A DNA stretch of 63,852 bases, counting the filler, from Octopus bimaculoides (Eukaryota): the NCBI RefSeq assembly GCF_001194135.2. It is 5 parts of 5 records of this genome, joined end to end, with 100 filler letters (N's around TTAATTAATTAA, not from the genome) between each part and the next. Parts side by side here need not be neighbours in the genome. Positions count along the whole stretch, not along the records: positions 20,161 to 50,016 come from NC_069006.1; positions 50,117 to 58,929 come from NC_068996.1; 3 more parts are not named here. The stretch is one strand, 5' to 3'. Of the stretch, positions 37,141 through 50,949 are shown one piece after another (positions within the stretch are counted from its first letter, which is position 1; each line of letters opens with the position of its first letter). Position numbers and translations under genes: made by a program. The notes below the pieces were generated by a model. That model ran no database searches. It saw nothing but the letters and a program-made list of their open reading frames with translations, and was not told the DNA's origin.

Positions 37141-38554
37141 GCCACGGATTATGGTCTCACTTGTATATATATATATATGTGTGTGTGTATGTTTGTATAT
37201 ATATTTATATATATATAAATATAAAATGGAACAAGAATGCAGTAGAGGACAATAAACCATTCAGACAGAGAGACTATACAAAGGCAGACAAGAGAAACAA
37301 CAATTAGGACAGGCCAAAAAGGACTGGTCATTCGTGGCTTTCTTTCCTTAGTCAAATTCCAGAAGTCACGACCATTTCGGGCAATATATATATATATATA
37401 TATATATATANNNNNNNNNNNNNNNNNNNNNNNNNNNNNNNNNNNNNNNNNNNNNNNNNNNNNNNNNNNNNNNNNNNNNNNNNNNNNNNNNNNNNNNNNN
37501 NNNNNNNNNNNNNNNNNNNNNNNNNNNNNNNNNNNNNNNNNNNNNNNNNNNNNNNNNNNNNNNNNNNNNNNNNNNNNNNNNNNNNNNNNNNNNNNNNNNN
37601 NNNNNNNNNNNNNNNNNNNNNNNNNNNNNNNNNNNNNNNNNNNNNNNNNNNNNNNNNNNNNNNNNNNNNNNNNNNNNNNNNNNNNNNNNNNNNNNNNNNN
37701 NNNNNNNNNNNNNNNNNNNNNNNNNNNNNNNNNNNNNNNNNNNNNNNNNNNNNNNNNNNNNNNNNNNNNNNNNNNNNNNNNNNNNNNNNNNNNNNNNNNN
37801 NNNNNNNNNNNNNNNNNNNNNNNNNNNNNNNNNNNNNNNNNNNNNNNNNNNNNNNNNNNNNNNNNNNNNNNNNNNNNNNNNNNNNNNNNNNNNNNNNNNN
37901 NNNNNNNNNNNNNNNNNNNNNNNNNNNNNNNNNNNNNNNNNNNNNNNNNNNNNNNNNNNNNNNNNNNNNNNNNNNNNNNNNNNNNNNNNNNNNNNNNNNN
38001 NNNNNNNNNNNNNNNNNNNNNNNNNNNNNNNNNNNNNNNNNNNNNNNNNNNNNNNNNNNNNNNNNNNNNNNNNNNNNNNNNNNNNNNNNNNNNNNNNNNN
38101 NNNNNNNNNNNNNNNNNNNNNNNNNNNNNNNNNNNNNNNNNNNNNNNNNNNNNNNNNNNNNNNNNNNNNNNNNNNNNNNNNNNNNNNNNNNNNNNNNNNN
38201 NNNNNNNNNNNNNNNNNNNNNNNNNNNNNNNNNNNNNNNNATATAAATAAAGAGTGTGTATAAGTGAGAATTGTAACTCCAGAAAGTCGCCTATTCATTT
38301 GTTACTCGCAAGCATTGATTCCCTTTCGCCATTGTTGTTCAACCATTGATTTTTGTGTCACGAAACGTGGAAGTGCCGCAGCATGGCCGCGCAGCTCAGT
38401 GTTAAACCAATAGCACTGTGCACGCGCGTGTGTGCGTGTACACTCATTATGAGTTAATATATTAATTAGCTGCAGTTACTTCCTGTTCCTCTTTCTGCTG
38501 TCAGTTCTCTTTCTATGTGTCTGTGTGTTTGACTTATACATACATACATGTGTG

Positions 38555-38595
<41 letters not shown>

Positions 38596-39384
38596 GTATA
38601 TATATATAATTCCAAGTGGCTTTCTGTTTTCCTGTGTTCGTTCCGTTGTCTGTAGTTCATTGTTCTAACGTCCTGTACCCTGATATGCATCTATATACAC
38701 ATGTAGATGAAAGTATATACATATTTGTATATACATGCATATATATTTTTTGTATTATATNNNNNNNNNNNNNNNNNNNNNNNNNNNNNNNNNNNNNNNN
38801 NNNNNNNNNNNNNNNNNNNNNNNNNNNNNNNNNNNNNNNNNNNNNNNNNNNNNNNNNNNNNNNNNNNNNNNNNNNNNNNNNNNNNNNNNNNNNNNNNNNN
38901 NNNNNNNNNNNNNNNNNNNNNNNNNNNNNNNNNNNNNNNNNNNNNNNNNNNNNNNNNNNNNNNNNNNNNNNNNNNNNNNNNNNNNNNNNNNNNNNNNNNN
39001 NNNNNNNNNNNNNNNNNNNNATTCTCCTCTCTTGCATTCTCTGTTGTTAAAGCTTTTGCGATTTGACATTTTCAGCAGGAAAAAAAAGGGAAAGAAAGAA
39101 AACAAACAAAAAAGTGAACGGAAGCAAAATAGAAAAATGGTTTAAAAGACAGTTACGACGCGCGCGCGCACGTACACAAACACACACACACACACACACA
39201 CACGCATGGTCGCGCGCGCGCACAGTCTCTCTCTCTCTCCACATTTCGAAAGTGTTGTTTATTAATATGCATGTGTGCACCAATGCATAAATACGTGCAT
39301 ATTCTCCTTCACTCATACAGTGTAAACATAATTTCATATTTGTATATTCGCATTTCTCCTGTTTCTCTCTCTCTCTCACTCTCC

Positions 39385-39417
<33 letters not shown>

Positions 39418-40657
39418 CGTAAAAATTATAGTTACTTTCTATGTTTGCCGCCCGCATACATCTTTGCCGCTATGCATTCAGTGAAGCTTGTACGATTATC
39501 GAGTACTATTTCCAGCAAATTTTTATCTTGCATGTATAATATCTGTAGACACACACTTCCACACTCTTAATTACATGACTCTTTGTGTAGAAACATCCAC
39601 TCACCTTATTGCTTGTGTAAGGATATAGAAGACTAAAACAATTGTTTTGAAAATCTAATTTCATATCCATAAAATATGACTATAAAAGCAGATACATAAA
39701 GAATAAATCAGTTATTTCCTGAGATCAGCTGCTGTCTTTGTTGTTGTTAATGTAGAAAGAGGGTGAGGCTAGGATGACGCACTGTTGTATGCACGCAAGC
39801 AGGAAAGTCGGGTGGCACCCGTAAGGTCGATTAGTGCATTCTATTGTTTATTTGTGTCTGTGGGTGGGGGAGCGGGAAGTCGTTCTGATCAGTGATATCA
39901 ATAGTCTCTCTCTCTCTGTCTGCCATTCTTTCCTGCTCCTGTTCTGTGCATATGCTGGAAAATGATGTGCATAGCTTTTTTTTATATTTGTATTTGCTGC
40001 ACACATGTGTTAGTCATTGACAGGCACTGCACGACTACTTCCAACAGCCACCACCTCCACTACTACTACTACTACTACCACAACAACAACAACCACCACC
40101 AACACTTCCCTACGAAGCTAAGCCAAAAAGGGACGGCTCTTCATGTGGGAACTGGTAGAAATAGCTATCAAAAACCTTCATCATCAAATCGCCACCTACA
40201 GTGTCACACAAAGAAGGAATGTATTTAATGAGGTTTGAAAAACTAAGCAACATAGTCATGACTGGAACGCTTTTCTTCATATTAAAAGCTGAGCTGAGAC
40301 TAGTACAACCTGAGGTGATGGTAGAAGTAGCATGCAGTAGGACTCAATCTAGAACCACATGTTTGCAGAGCAAACTTCGGCAGGGAAACCTTGTCATGTC
40401 CACTGCTGCATGACTGACTGATAGGTCCACCCCCACAACGCTGGCTGTCCCCTGTCATCACCCCTGTCCTCAACACCGTATACATACATATATCACCATC
40501 ATCCCCTTTTCCTGGCTGGTATGAGTTGGATGGTTTGACAAGAATAGACAAGTCAGATAGCTCCACCAGGTTCTGTGTCTACTTTAGCATGGTTTATGCA
40601 ACTGGATGCCCTTCCTATCACCAACCACTCCACAGAGTGTACTGGGTGTTTTTTTTT

Positions 40658-40731
<74 letters not shown>

Positions 40732-43700
40732 CAAATTTACAGAAGACAAAGATAAGTGAAGGAATGACAAACAAGTGTATTAGTTTAACTCTCAGGAAGA
40801 ATGGAAAAGTCTTTTACGTTTCGAGACTACACTCTTCGATAGAAAGTATTATGAAGGGGGAAAAAAAAGAGAGAAAAAAGTGTAGAGTTTAATGGTTCAA
40901 CACAATGATTACACACACACTGCACATGTGCAAATACAGGTATATCAAATAACATACAGCATAAATCCTTGATTTATTAAAATTATCTCTGTCCCTTGAG
41001 GTTGTCATAATTATCAAATGACAGTTAAGACCTTCACCATATGAGAAGTGGAGATAATCTCAAAAATTAAGTATTCTCCAAAGTTGACATACCATTAAGA
41101 AAAAGACAGGCTTATTGTCTGGAGATGAGAGGCATTTGTTTCTGCCTCAATAGTCAGCATCAGCTTGCTAGTTGTCCTACCTGATCTCCAATAGCCAAAG
41201 GATAAAGACATCTACTAAAAAAGCAGAACACATATGCATGAACCATCTCCATTAAGAATTGTAAACTGCACCCCCTCCTTTGCTCTCCTCCTCGTCTTCC
41301 TCCTCCAACAGCAGCAGCAGCCATGCCACACCAACCTTTTATACTTCTTCCCTCCTTTGCTTCCCACTCCATGTTTCTCTCTCTGCTCCTCTTCCACTCC
41401 CACTCTGACTTACCAACACTCCCTACTCCACTCCCACTCAATCCTCCAATCACTTCACTCGTCTCTCTTCCTCCCAACGAACCTTTCTCCCTTTTTAATA
41501 GGGGTCTGCAGTTCATCCTGCCAACGCTTGTCAGCGATGTGTTTTGAATCTCTTCTGAAGTCAAGAAGTAATTTTTGTGTCATATTAAACTAAGCCCACT
41601 TTCTGATGGTAGACCCTTTGCATTTAAACAGTCCCCGGCTGCTCCATGAGCCGGAACTGCTCATCAGTGTCACTGGTTGCCAGTTCACTCCTTTGAACCT
41701 GTTCATTGCCATTCAGTGGATTGTTTGACTTCCAGAAGCATTTCACCGCATAACTATCTCCTGGTCTGAACTCTCTGCTCTCTTCATTGCTGTGACAATA
41801 TCATCATCATCATCATAAAACCAACAGATTCAAGGGTGTTGTGATTCTGTGGTGGGGCCGAACTCTAGAGCACTGAGGGACTATGACACCTCTGGAAGAT
41901 CCTTTTCTGTTATTCTTTGACCTCAGACTTTCCTGCTCCACTAAAAACAGCTCCCCCCACACACACCGTCTGCCAACTCATTACTCCTTTCTGTTCTCTT
42001 TAGCCTCCAACCTCTTTGGTCATGTACCACCCTCCTACCCCTTTCTGTTCACCTTGTGTGTGTATGTGGGGGCATTTGGGCTCCTCATCAGCATTATCTA
42101 TTTGTGACCCCTAATGATCATTCTCTTTTCTCTGCCTCCTACTACATAGGGATCCTCTTCATAGGGAACCTGCTCTAGCCCCTGTACCCCCTCACAGTCT
42201 AACACATTGTCTACTAGCATGCAGTTTCCACCTACCAAATCCACTCAAAGCTTTGGTTGACTCGAGGCTATAGTAGAAGACACTTGCCCAAGGTGTTATG
42301 CAGTGGGACTGAACCGAAAACCATGGGATTAAGAAGCAAGCTTCTTAACACACACCCATGTCTGTACTTATACGCACACACACACACGTATATGTTTGTG
42401 TGAAACCTGAAATATGCACCTAAGTTATTTGACTGACTCCCAGCTACTTCAAGAGATGTGGGGGCCATCGTATAAAGTCATAGATTTTGGTCAGGCCTTC
42501 TACTTCTATCTCCATTTTGCGTGTGTGTCTGACTGGAGAATATCTACCAAGATATTTTTCTGGTAAAAGGTCAATGTAAGTTGATTACAAATTGATAGAT
42601 CATCCCCGATCATGAAAGGTCAAGCAAATAGATTCTATTCGTTACACTCTTGTCTGTCTGTTTGTGGGTGATAAATCAATATTTGTTTACATGTTTTATT
42701 TTTATAAAGTGTGGATGGATGATGCTCGTACAAAAATGAAAGATAAACAAAACTGGGAGTTGAACCAGTGTGACATTATCGATGTGTGTGTGTGTGGGGG
42801 TATATGTTGTATAGTGCCAAGTGTGCTGTGGTCAAAGAGATCAATCTTTTGTTTGTATCTCACTCAGTGACTAGTGTTATTGGTTGGTTCCAATATCAAG
42901 AGTGACAAGCGAGAGTCTGTGCAACTTGGCCAAACCAAATACCAAATTCAAGGTCGAAGGTCATAACCATGGTGTCGATGAGGGTTCTAGTTGATTCAAT
43001 CAATAGAACAACCTATTCATGGAATTAATGTGCAGGTGGTTGAGCACTCCATAGATATATGTACCCTTAATGTAGTTCTCAGGGAGATTCAGTGAGACAC
43101 AGAATGGGGCAATTCTGACCCTGTCAGCCAAGTGGACTGAAGCAACATAAAATAAAGTGTCTTGGTCAAGGACACAGCATGTCTCCAGGAAGTGAACTCA
43201 TGACCTTACACTCATGAGCCAGTTACCCCTAACCACTAAGCCATGTGCCTTCCCATACCGCTCGAGGTAGTTATATTCAAAAGCCCTGTTTTGCCAGTTT
43301 TCTTGCTATGTTTACATATTCCACTGATATACATCTCTGAAAAAATATCTAAAGACATATAAATGTACAGGCAGTGGGCTTCCATGCTGTTTCTCTATAC
43401 CAATTTCCATTCCAAAATGTATTTACCAACTTGAGGCGATGGGACCAGATGCTTACCAGGAATTGCAAAAACATTGGGACTGAATTGCACAGACATTCAG
43501 TTTGTCAGCCAAAGAAATAGACATAACTCCTGCGACCTGTGCTTCTTGTACATATGTTATATCATTGTAGTGGTTGGATCTGGTGCCTGGATATGTCGAT
43601 GGGGTTACATCTGCTGGAGAATAACTTATAAAATGTTTTCTTTATGTTGTTGTTGTTGTTTAGCTGCAGGTTAGTCCTGATTGAATCGACTCATGAGTTC

Positions 43701-45704
43701 TCATTATTTCAGAGGCTTAATATACTTGAACCTCTCAGCACCACTGCCCTCTCTACTACAAACCCACTTACTGAAAGGACCTTTTCCTTTGTCTTGCAAG
43801 TTACTTGGTGACCTTACTGATCCTGATGTCATGAAAAACAATGCACCCAGTCCACTTTGTAAAGTGGTTGGTATTAGGAAGGGCATCATCCAACCCCATA
43901 GATATCAAGCCAGATCAAATACTGGGGCGTGATACAGTCTTTTGGCTCCTCTCAAATTGTCCCCCCTATATCTCATGTCAGTGTGGGGCATGAGATATAT
44001 GAGTAATGAGAGGATCAGAATGCCTGTGGGGTGGCTCTGATTGGGCATCATCTGTAGCTCACAGATAAACTAAGATGACCTTATTATACATACTTACATA
44101 CAATGATGTATGAGGGTTCAGTGTAACAAGATGGTAGTCGTGTGTAGGTGTCTGGTTCTGAGTCCAATGTGACCATCCAACCTACTTTTTATCGAGCAAT
44201 ACACTCTCCAATGTATCCTTTCTTTTTAAGATAGTAAAGTTTGATTTGAGAAAGACATAGTAGTTATTTCTAGCAAGTCAAGCTATCCATATTGAGGTTT
44301 TTTTCAGTGACAAATTGTTAAGTATTTCAAAATCCTCTTTTTCAAACGCTTACTCTCCCCATCTCTCCCTCCCTCACTATCAGCATTACTTTCCTTTCTT
44401 TTTATTTCATGGACCAGAGTGAACATCCTCACCTGTCATTATCCCACCATGGGCTACAATGACCACCTTCACCTCTCTTTGCCTCACTTTGGACCACAAA
44501 GCCCTTCTTCACTCAGTTCCTCCCTTTAACAAACTGTCCACACACGCACACACCTTACCACTGATATTTGAAATTGCATCACGCACACATGCACACACAC
44601 ACACAATCACTTAGGCACATAAACATTCATTCACATTCATGTGTGAACACATACGCACTCATGCGTACACACGAATAGGCAACCACATCCAGTTTTCTCC
44701 TGACTGTAAATACCAACCATTTTACCCTGTGTCTTTTTGAAGCAGTTGTAGAGAGAGAGAATCCACTGGGAAGCACAGGCTGCAGTAGAGCAAGATGCAT
44801 CATTATCATCATCACTGTCATCACTGCCACCACCACTGCCACCACCGTCGTCATCATCATGATGCTGATTCTGCAGCAACTTCAAAGATGTCTGCTGCTA
44901 ATACATTTGGGTAATTCCGTCTCTGAAGACAGATTCCTGCTGTGTTGGTTTGTAAAATTACTGCTGAATGTATGTGGGTGTGTGCGCACACGCATGTGTG
45001 GATGTGTGTGTGTGTGTGTAATCTGATGTAAATATTTTGTGTGTGTGTGTGTGAATATGCTTCTGTATAAACAACCAATGTGAGGTAGTTCTTTGTCTAT
45101 AGAATTACCATTTTCTCTTCCCTTCAACAACAACAACACCCTACAAAGGTGGTGCTGGTAGCAACCAAACCCGATTACCTTTAATCTTGCCTTAAATCTT
45201 CATTTTAGTTTCTTTCTTATTTGAAGCAACATTTTAAGACGGAATATATTTTTGTCTCAGAGGTTTTTGTCTTCAATCTAATTCCTGTTACATGAATTAT
45301 TGACAAAGATAATCGTTTGTCATGGGTCATGTGATGTATGTTGATTCTTGTTGCATGTGTATGAGATGTACACACATACATATTTTGTATGTGAGTGTCT
45401 TTTTGTATGTGGTTCATTGTGTGTGTGTGTGTGTGTGTGCTTGCACATGCATACTGTGTATATATATGTATGATATATCTGTATATGTTTGTGTGTTTAT
45501 GTGTACATGTGTATATATATATATATATATATTTGTGTATGTGTATTTACTGGGTATGTGGTTAAGAATCTTACTTTCCAATCATGAGGTCTTTGATTCA
45601 GTCCCACTGTGCAGCTACCATGGACACGTCTTCTATTATTAAAGCCCTGGGCCAACTAAAACCATGTGAGTAGATCAGTCGATGGAAACTGAAAGAAGCA
45701 CATC

Positions 45705-45735
<31 letters not shown>

Positions 45736-46419
45736 TCTGTCACACTATTTTCACTCAGTGCATTTCCTATTCTGTCTCATATTCATGTTGTACCTGGACC
45801 TCACATCTCTTTCTCTTTCTCCCTCTTCAGGTGGGCACATCCTGTAGTCACCTCTTCAGCAAGACGTCTGCTCCTTTCTTTCCATCATAATCCCTTTCTC
45901 CCGTCTGTACCCAGCTCAGCTGAGGAGTCTTTTTCGCGGGTACTTGGTGACCTCATTGGTGCTAGTACCATTAAAATGCACCCAGTACACTCTGTAGTAA
46001 AGTGGTTGGCATTAGGAAAGGCATCCAGATGTAGAAACCATGCCAAAGGAGACATAGAACCTGGTGGAGCCCTCTGACTTGTCTCTTGTCAAACTGTCCA
46101 ACCCATGCCAGCATGGAAAAAGTTATGTTAAATGATGATGATATACAATTATGTTTGTGTGTGCCCTTGCCTTGACATCATATGATGGTTGTAATTGGAC
46201 ATCGATGTTTATTTTGTAGCTTTTGTGAAAAACATGTCTAGCTATTAACTTGTTTGGAAACAGGTGAGGGTTGGTGACTGGAAGGGACCCATGCCAGCAT
46301 GGAAAAGTGGACTTTAAATGACAATGATAGTGATTGGCAATATGCAGATCTACCATCTATGGCCATCTATATAAACTTCATTTGTTTGTTTACATTTATC
46401 GTAATTTGAATTTAATATA

Positions 46420-46451
<32 letters not shown>

Positions 46452-46686
46452 CTAGCAGTATAACCCGGCCTTGTCCAGGTGTGACTTATTACGCCATCTA
46501 CGATAAGTCTTGCTAGGTGAAAATCAACTAAAAAAGAAATTGTTACAACAAAAAAACTCTTATGGTGTTCATAATTCAAAAGACGATGAAATTAATAGGG
46601 AAAGTCTGAAGGCTACACCAGGCTCCAATCTGATCTGGCAGAGTTTCTGCAGCTGGATGCCCTCCCTAACGCCAATCACTCCGAGA

Positions 46687-46735
<49 letters not shown>

Positions 46736-47868
46736 ACATACTGTTAACCATTCAGTAACATAATTGTATTTGTGTTTTGAATAAACCTGCTTTGAAAATG
46801 CATGTAGTACACCCTGAAATGTCCATTTTATTCTTGTTTACTGTAAATATCTTCTCTAAAATTTTGCTCTACCCCCTTAAATAATGGATGATATACTGGA
46901 AAGTGGAGTCCTAGATAGACATCAAGTCTTGTTAGGGCCTTGCGTTACCCTTATAAGATAAATTTACTGAGAATAACAATTCATTATTTGCTTCAGGGGC
47001 ACCAGCTGAGGGGACATTACAAGGGTTCATTACAAATTGGTAAGTTAGTGGCAGAATTGGTTATGGAAATATATATAAGAAAATACAAATGGGAATATAA
47101 AAAAAGGGCATGTCACTGGGTAAATAAAGTGCCCAGGCACAAGATAAGAGTAACCCCCATTCCCACTACCCTCATGATCCATGGGCAGGCAACACTTCGC
47201 TCTCCACTCTCACCTTCGGGTTGACATAAGCTTGCCCAAGAAAGTAAACTGTCTGTTCTTAGTTCTTTCTTTTTTTGTCTACTGTACACTCCAGAAAGAC
47301 CTGCCTGCCTTCCTCATGTCACCAGGCAATCCTCACCATGGACTCAAGCCAATTCTCAAATTCATTTCACATGCACCAACAACTGTTCACCATTACATAG
47401 GATAATGGTAATGTGTTTACAAGTTTAGTTGGTTGTTATTACACCTGTATGTCTGCTCTGACATGCAGGTCATCATATCTACTTGACAGCTAATCACACA
47501 TGCATGCATATACTTACAATAATCTTGTGTGTGTGTGTGTGTGTGTGTGACATGCATTGCCTGTTACTAGTGTGAGTGGTGGGGAATTAAGGAGCGGCTT
47601 GATACAAACAAACTCAAATATTTTCTCATGCATATATGCACAACTGCATATATGCACAACTGCAATTTGATAAAAATATACATTTGTGAATATTGGCAGT
47701 CTGACAATTGTTAAACTGACCAAAACTCCAAGGTCACTGTCAATAATATTCTTGTTTGAAAATAATTAGTTTGTGCTCTTACACAAGTATAGAGTAACCC
47801 ATCAGATTAATGTAGAACTGTTTTTAATATAATTGAAAAACAAATGCTAACATCTCTCGCTCTCTCCC

Positions 47869-47896
<28 letters not shown>

Positions 47897-47899
<3 letters not shown>

Positions 47900-48066
47900 T
47901 GTTTGAATAATTTGACTGTAGCCATGCTGGAGCATTGCCTTTAGTCGAAGAAATCAATTTCAGAACTTATTTGTAAGCCTAGTATTTATTCTGTCAGTCT
48001 CTTTTGCCAAACCACTAAGTTACGGGGATGTAAACACACCAAGCAATAGTAGGGAGACAGACACAC

Positions 48067-48127
<61 letters not shown>

Positions 48128-48288
48128 TGATGGGCTTCTTTCAGTTTCCGTCTGCCAAATCCACTCACAAGGCTTTGGCTGGCCTGAGGCTATAGTAGAA
48201 GACACTTGCCCAAGGTGCCACACAGTGGGACTGAACCCAGAACCATGTGGTTGGGAAGCAAGCTTCTTACCACACAGCCATGCCTGTA
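47897..48288 (-). mobile_element. SINE-B full-length copy
   Basis: Seen: same head, core and 3' half as 1257-1677, with (CA)/(TA) at 48060-48128. Confidence 0.85.
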
Positions 48289-50949
48289 CCTGTATATATA
48301 TATATGTGTGTGTGTGTGTTTGTTTTAATGGCATAACCAGAGATTCTACACTCGTAGTTTCTATTCTAGACCCAGAATTCATTAACTTTATAAAAGAAAA
48401 AAAAGCCTTACTGTGTTTTCACTTCTACAAATGATCAATATGAATTACATTCAGCAATAACATGTGCTTACTATTGTGTTTTTCACTGCACAATTGGAGT
48501 TTTTAGTTCTTTTCCATTTCCAGAGCTCCATGGAAGTAAGTGTTTACCTTGTCTGAAGTGAAGCTGTTATTTTATTTATTTATTTTTTTTTGTTATTTAT
48601 TACAAATGATAAAAAATCAGATGTGTTCAATTGCACAAATCCATCTTAAGGAAAATTTTGTCATCACAACCAAGACAAAACTGGATTTGAGGAACAAAGC
48701 TTGAATTTAAGAGAGAAGTCAAAATTGTCTCCTCATTTAATGTCAATCATTCTCATTTCTATCAATGGTTAAAACACTTAGGGAGTGAATAGCTTGAACC
48801 TTGTTCACCATGTCAAAAACACCTGGTATGCTCTGTAGTAAAGTGGTTGGCGTTAGGAAGGGCATTCATCTGTAGAGACCATGCCAAAACAGACTGTGGA
48901 ACTTGGTGTAACTTCTGGCTTTGCTAGCGCCTGTCTAATCATCCAATCCTTATGAGCCAAATGCCCTAACCATTGACCCTGGTGCCCTCCTCACATGGTG
49001 ATCTTAGTTGTGAGTGGTAGTAATAGTAGTAGTCCAGAAGGTTGACGATAAATTGTTCTCCACAACACTAGTATGGTGTCCTACTCTCTCTCTCTCTTGT
49101 CAGGATCCATCCTGCCAGCCTTTTGCATAGTTGTTGACTTATCCATCTCCAGGTTATACACACACACATGCACACACACTTATGCATTGACAAGGTGTGA
49201 TATTAAATAGTTTAAGTAACATGTAGAGTACTGAAGCTATANNNNNNNNNNNNNNNNNNNNNNNNNNNNNNNNNNNNNNNNNNNNNNNNNNNNNNNNNNN
49301 CAAACAGATGAAAGTCTACCTATCAACATTCATTTATGTATCTAGAAGTACTTAGAATGTTTTCTTTTTTTTCCATGTAATTTGAAAGAAATGTTGCTGC
49401 TATTTCTAGCAGTTTGAGCAACCACTTACAGGGCTTGCTCCCACACTCCTAAACAGCCACATGTTCTCTTCTCCATGCTGAGATGACAACTCTACCAATT
49501 GTGTGAGCTGTGAGGCTGGTTGTCTTTCCTCTTTTGTCACTCAACTCATTATTTAGGTCATTGTACTAATGCTGCTGCTGGTTCATTTCTAGGTCATAGG
49601 AGGTCAGTCTCCACCCCCACCGCATTGGTTGGGGTCACCCCCCCACTTTCTATAACATATATTAGTGGCTATTGCTGCTCCTCTCTCTCTCTCTCTCTCT
49701 CTCTCCACCATTTTCTTTCATTCACTTCATCACACTTTCTACTTGACTCACCTTTCCTCACAATTCCTCTCTCTCTCTCTTTCTCATCTGTAATTTTTGT
49801 GTGGCTTTTTTTTTATATTCTCTTGTGTCTGGGGAGAGTCATTTTCTTTTCGTGCCTTAAAATTTAATACACTCACCGTTAAAATTTCCACTTATTATTT
49901 TCCTAAAATTTTCGTTGCGTCTTGCAACCTTTTCAATAGTCTTCACTCTGTCCGTTATTCACGTTACGTTCTGTTTTTGATTTTATATATATATAGGAAA
50001 GGATGAGAGATCAAAANNNNNNNNNNNNNNNNNNNNNNNNNNNNNNNNNNNNNNNNNNNNTTAATTAATTAANNNNNNNNNNNNNNNNNNNNNNNNNNNN
50101 NNNNNNNNNNNNNNNNGCACCCACACTCTCCTACAAGACAATGACACCAAAGATTCTTTTTGAAAAACAACTTCTTCAAAACAATCACACCTGCCTTTGC
50201 CATTTCTTTAAAAGGCTAAAAATAAACTTATTGTAAAGAACTAACCAGCTATGAACCCAATTTTCTTCTTTTCTCTTTCCTATCGACACACACACGCACA
50301 CACACAGACACACACACCAACACAAAAAAACACACACTCACACACACACACTCTCTCTCTCACTTTTTCCCCCCATTCCTCACCCTCTCTTATTATCCTA
50401 TATATCTCTCTCCCCACCCCTACACACTCAATAAAACTATATAAAGAGACCCCTCCTCAAGGTCGACTCAAAACAATTTGAAAATCCTACATGATTAGGT
50501 GAAAAGCGCTTTATTTAATTTATAAAACATGTGACATTAATAAAAATCTGTAAATGTATAAACATCCAGATTTCTGAGTACCTTAATTTTTTTCTATATA
50601 ACTTCTGTACATCATCTCCAAACCTTCCAATATATATATATATATATATATANNNNNNNNNNNNNNNNNNNNNNNNNNNNNNNNNNNNNNNNNNNNNNNN
50701 NNNNNNNNNNNNNNNNNNNNNNNNNNNNNNNNNNNNNNNNNNNNNNNNNNNNNNNNNNNNNNNNNNNNNNNNNNNNNNNNNNNNNNNNNNNNNNNNNNNN
50801 NNNNNNNNNNNNNNNNNNNNNNNNNNNNNNNNNNNNNNNNNNNNNNNNNNNNNNNNNNNNNNNNNNNNNNNNNNNNNNNNNNNNNNNNNNNNNNNNNNNN
50901 NNNNNNNNNNNNNNNNNNNNNNNNNACACACACACACACACACACACAC

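Larger units (their letters stand above)
36079..38760. repeat. Inverted repeat pair, ~135-bp arms (36079-36213 / 38629-38760)
   Basis: Seen: ATGCATATCAGGGTACAGGACGTTAGAACAAT...CAGACAACGGAACGAACAC and its reverse complement. Confidence 0.85.

Noticed and set aside
41629-41667. Minus-strand CTGATGAG followed by an 11-12-bp GC-rich hairpin (hammerhead-like start)
   Set aside because: The stem is followed by TTTAAA rather than GAAA, and helices I and III do not pair. It is at best a chance or heavily decayed motif.
43801-43850. LTDPD-like peptide as a possible NLK exon 2
   Set aside because: The context (LLGDLTDPDVMKNN) does not match SVTDPRDGKRVALKK and lies within a copy of repeat family D.
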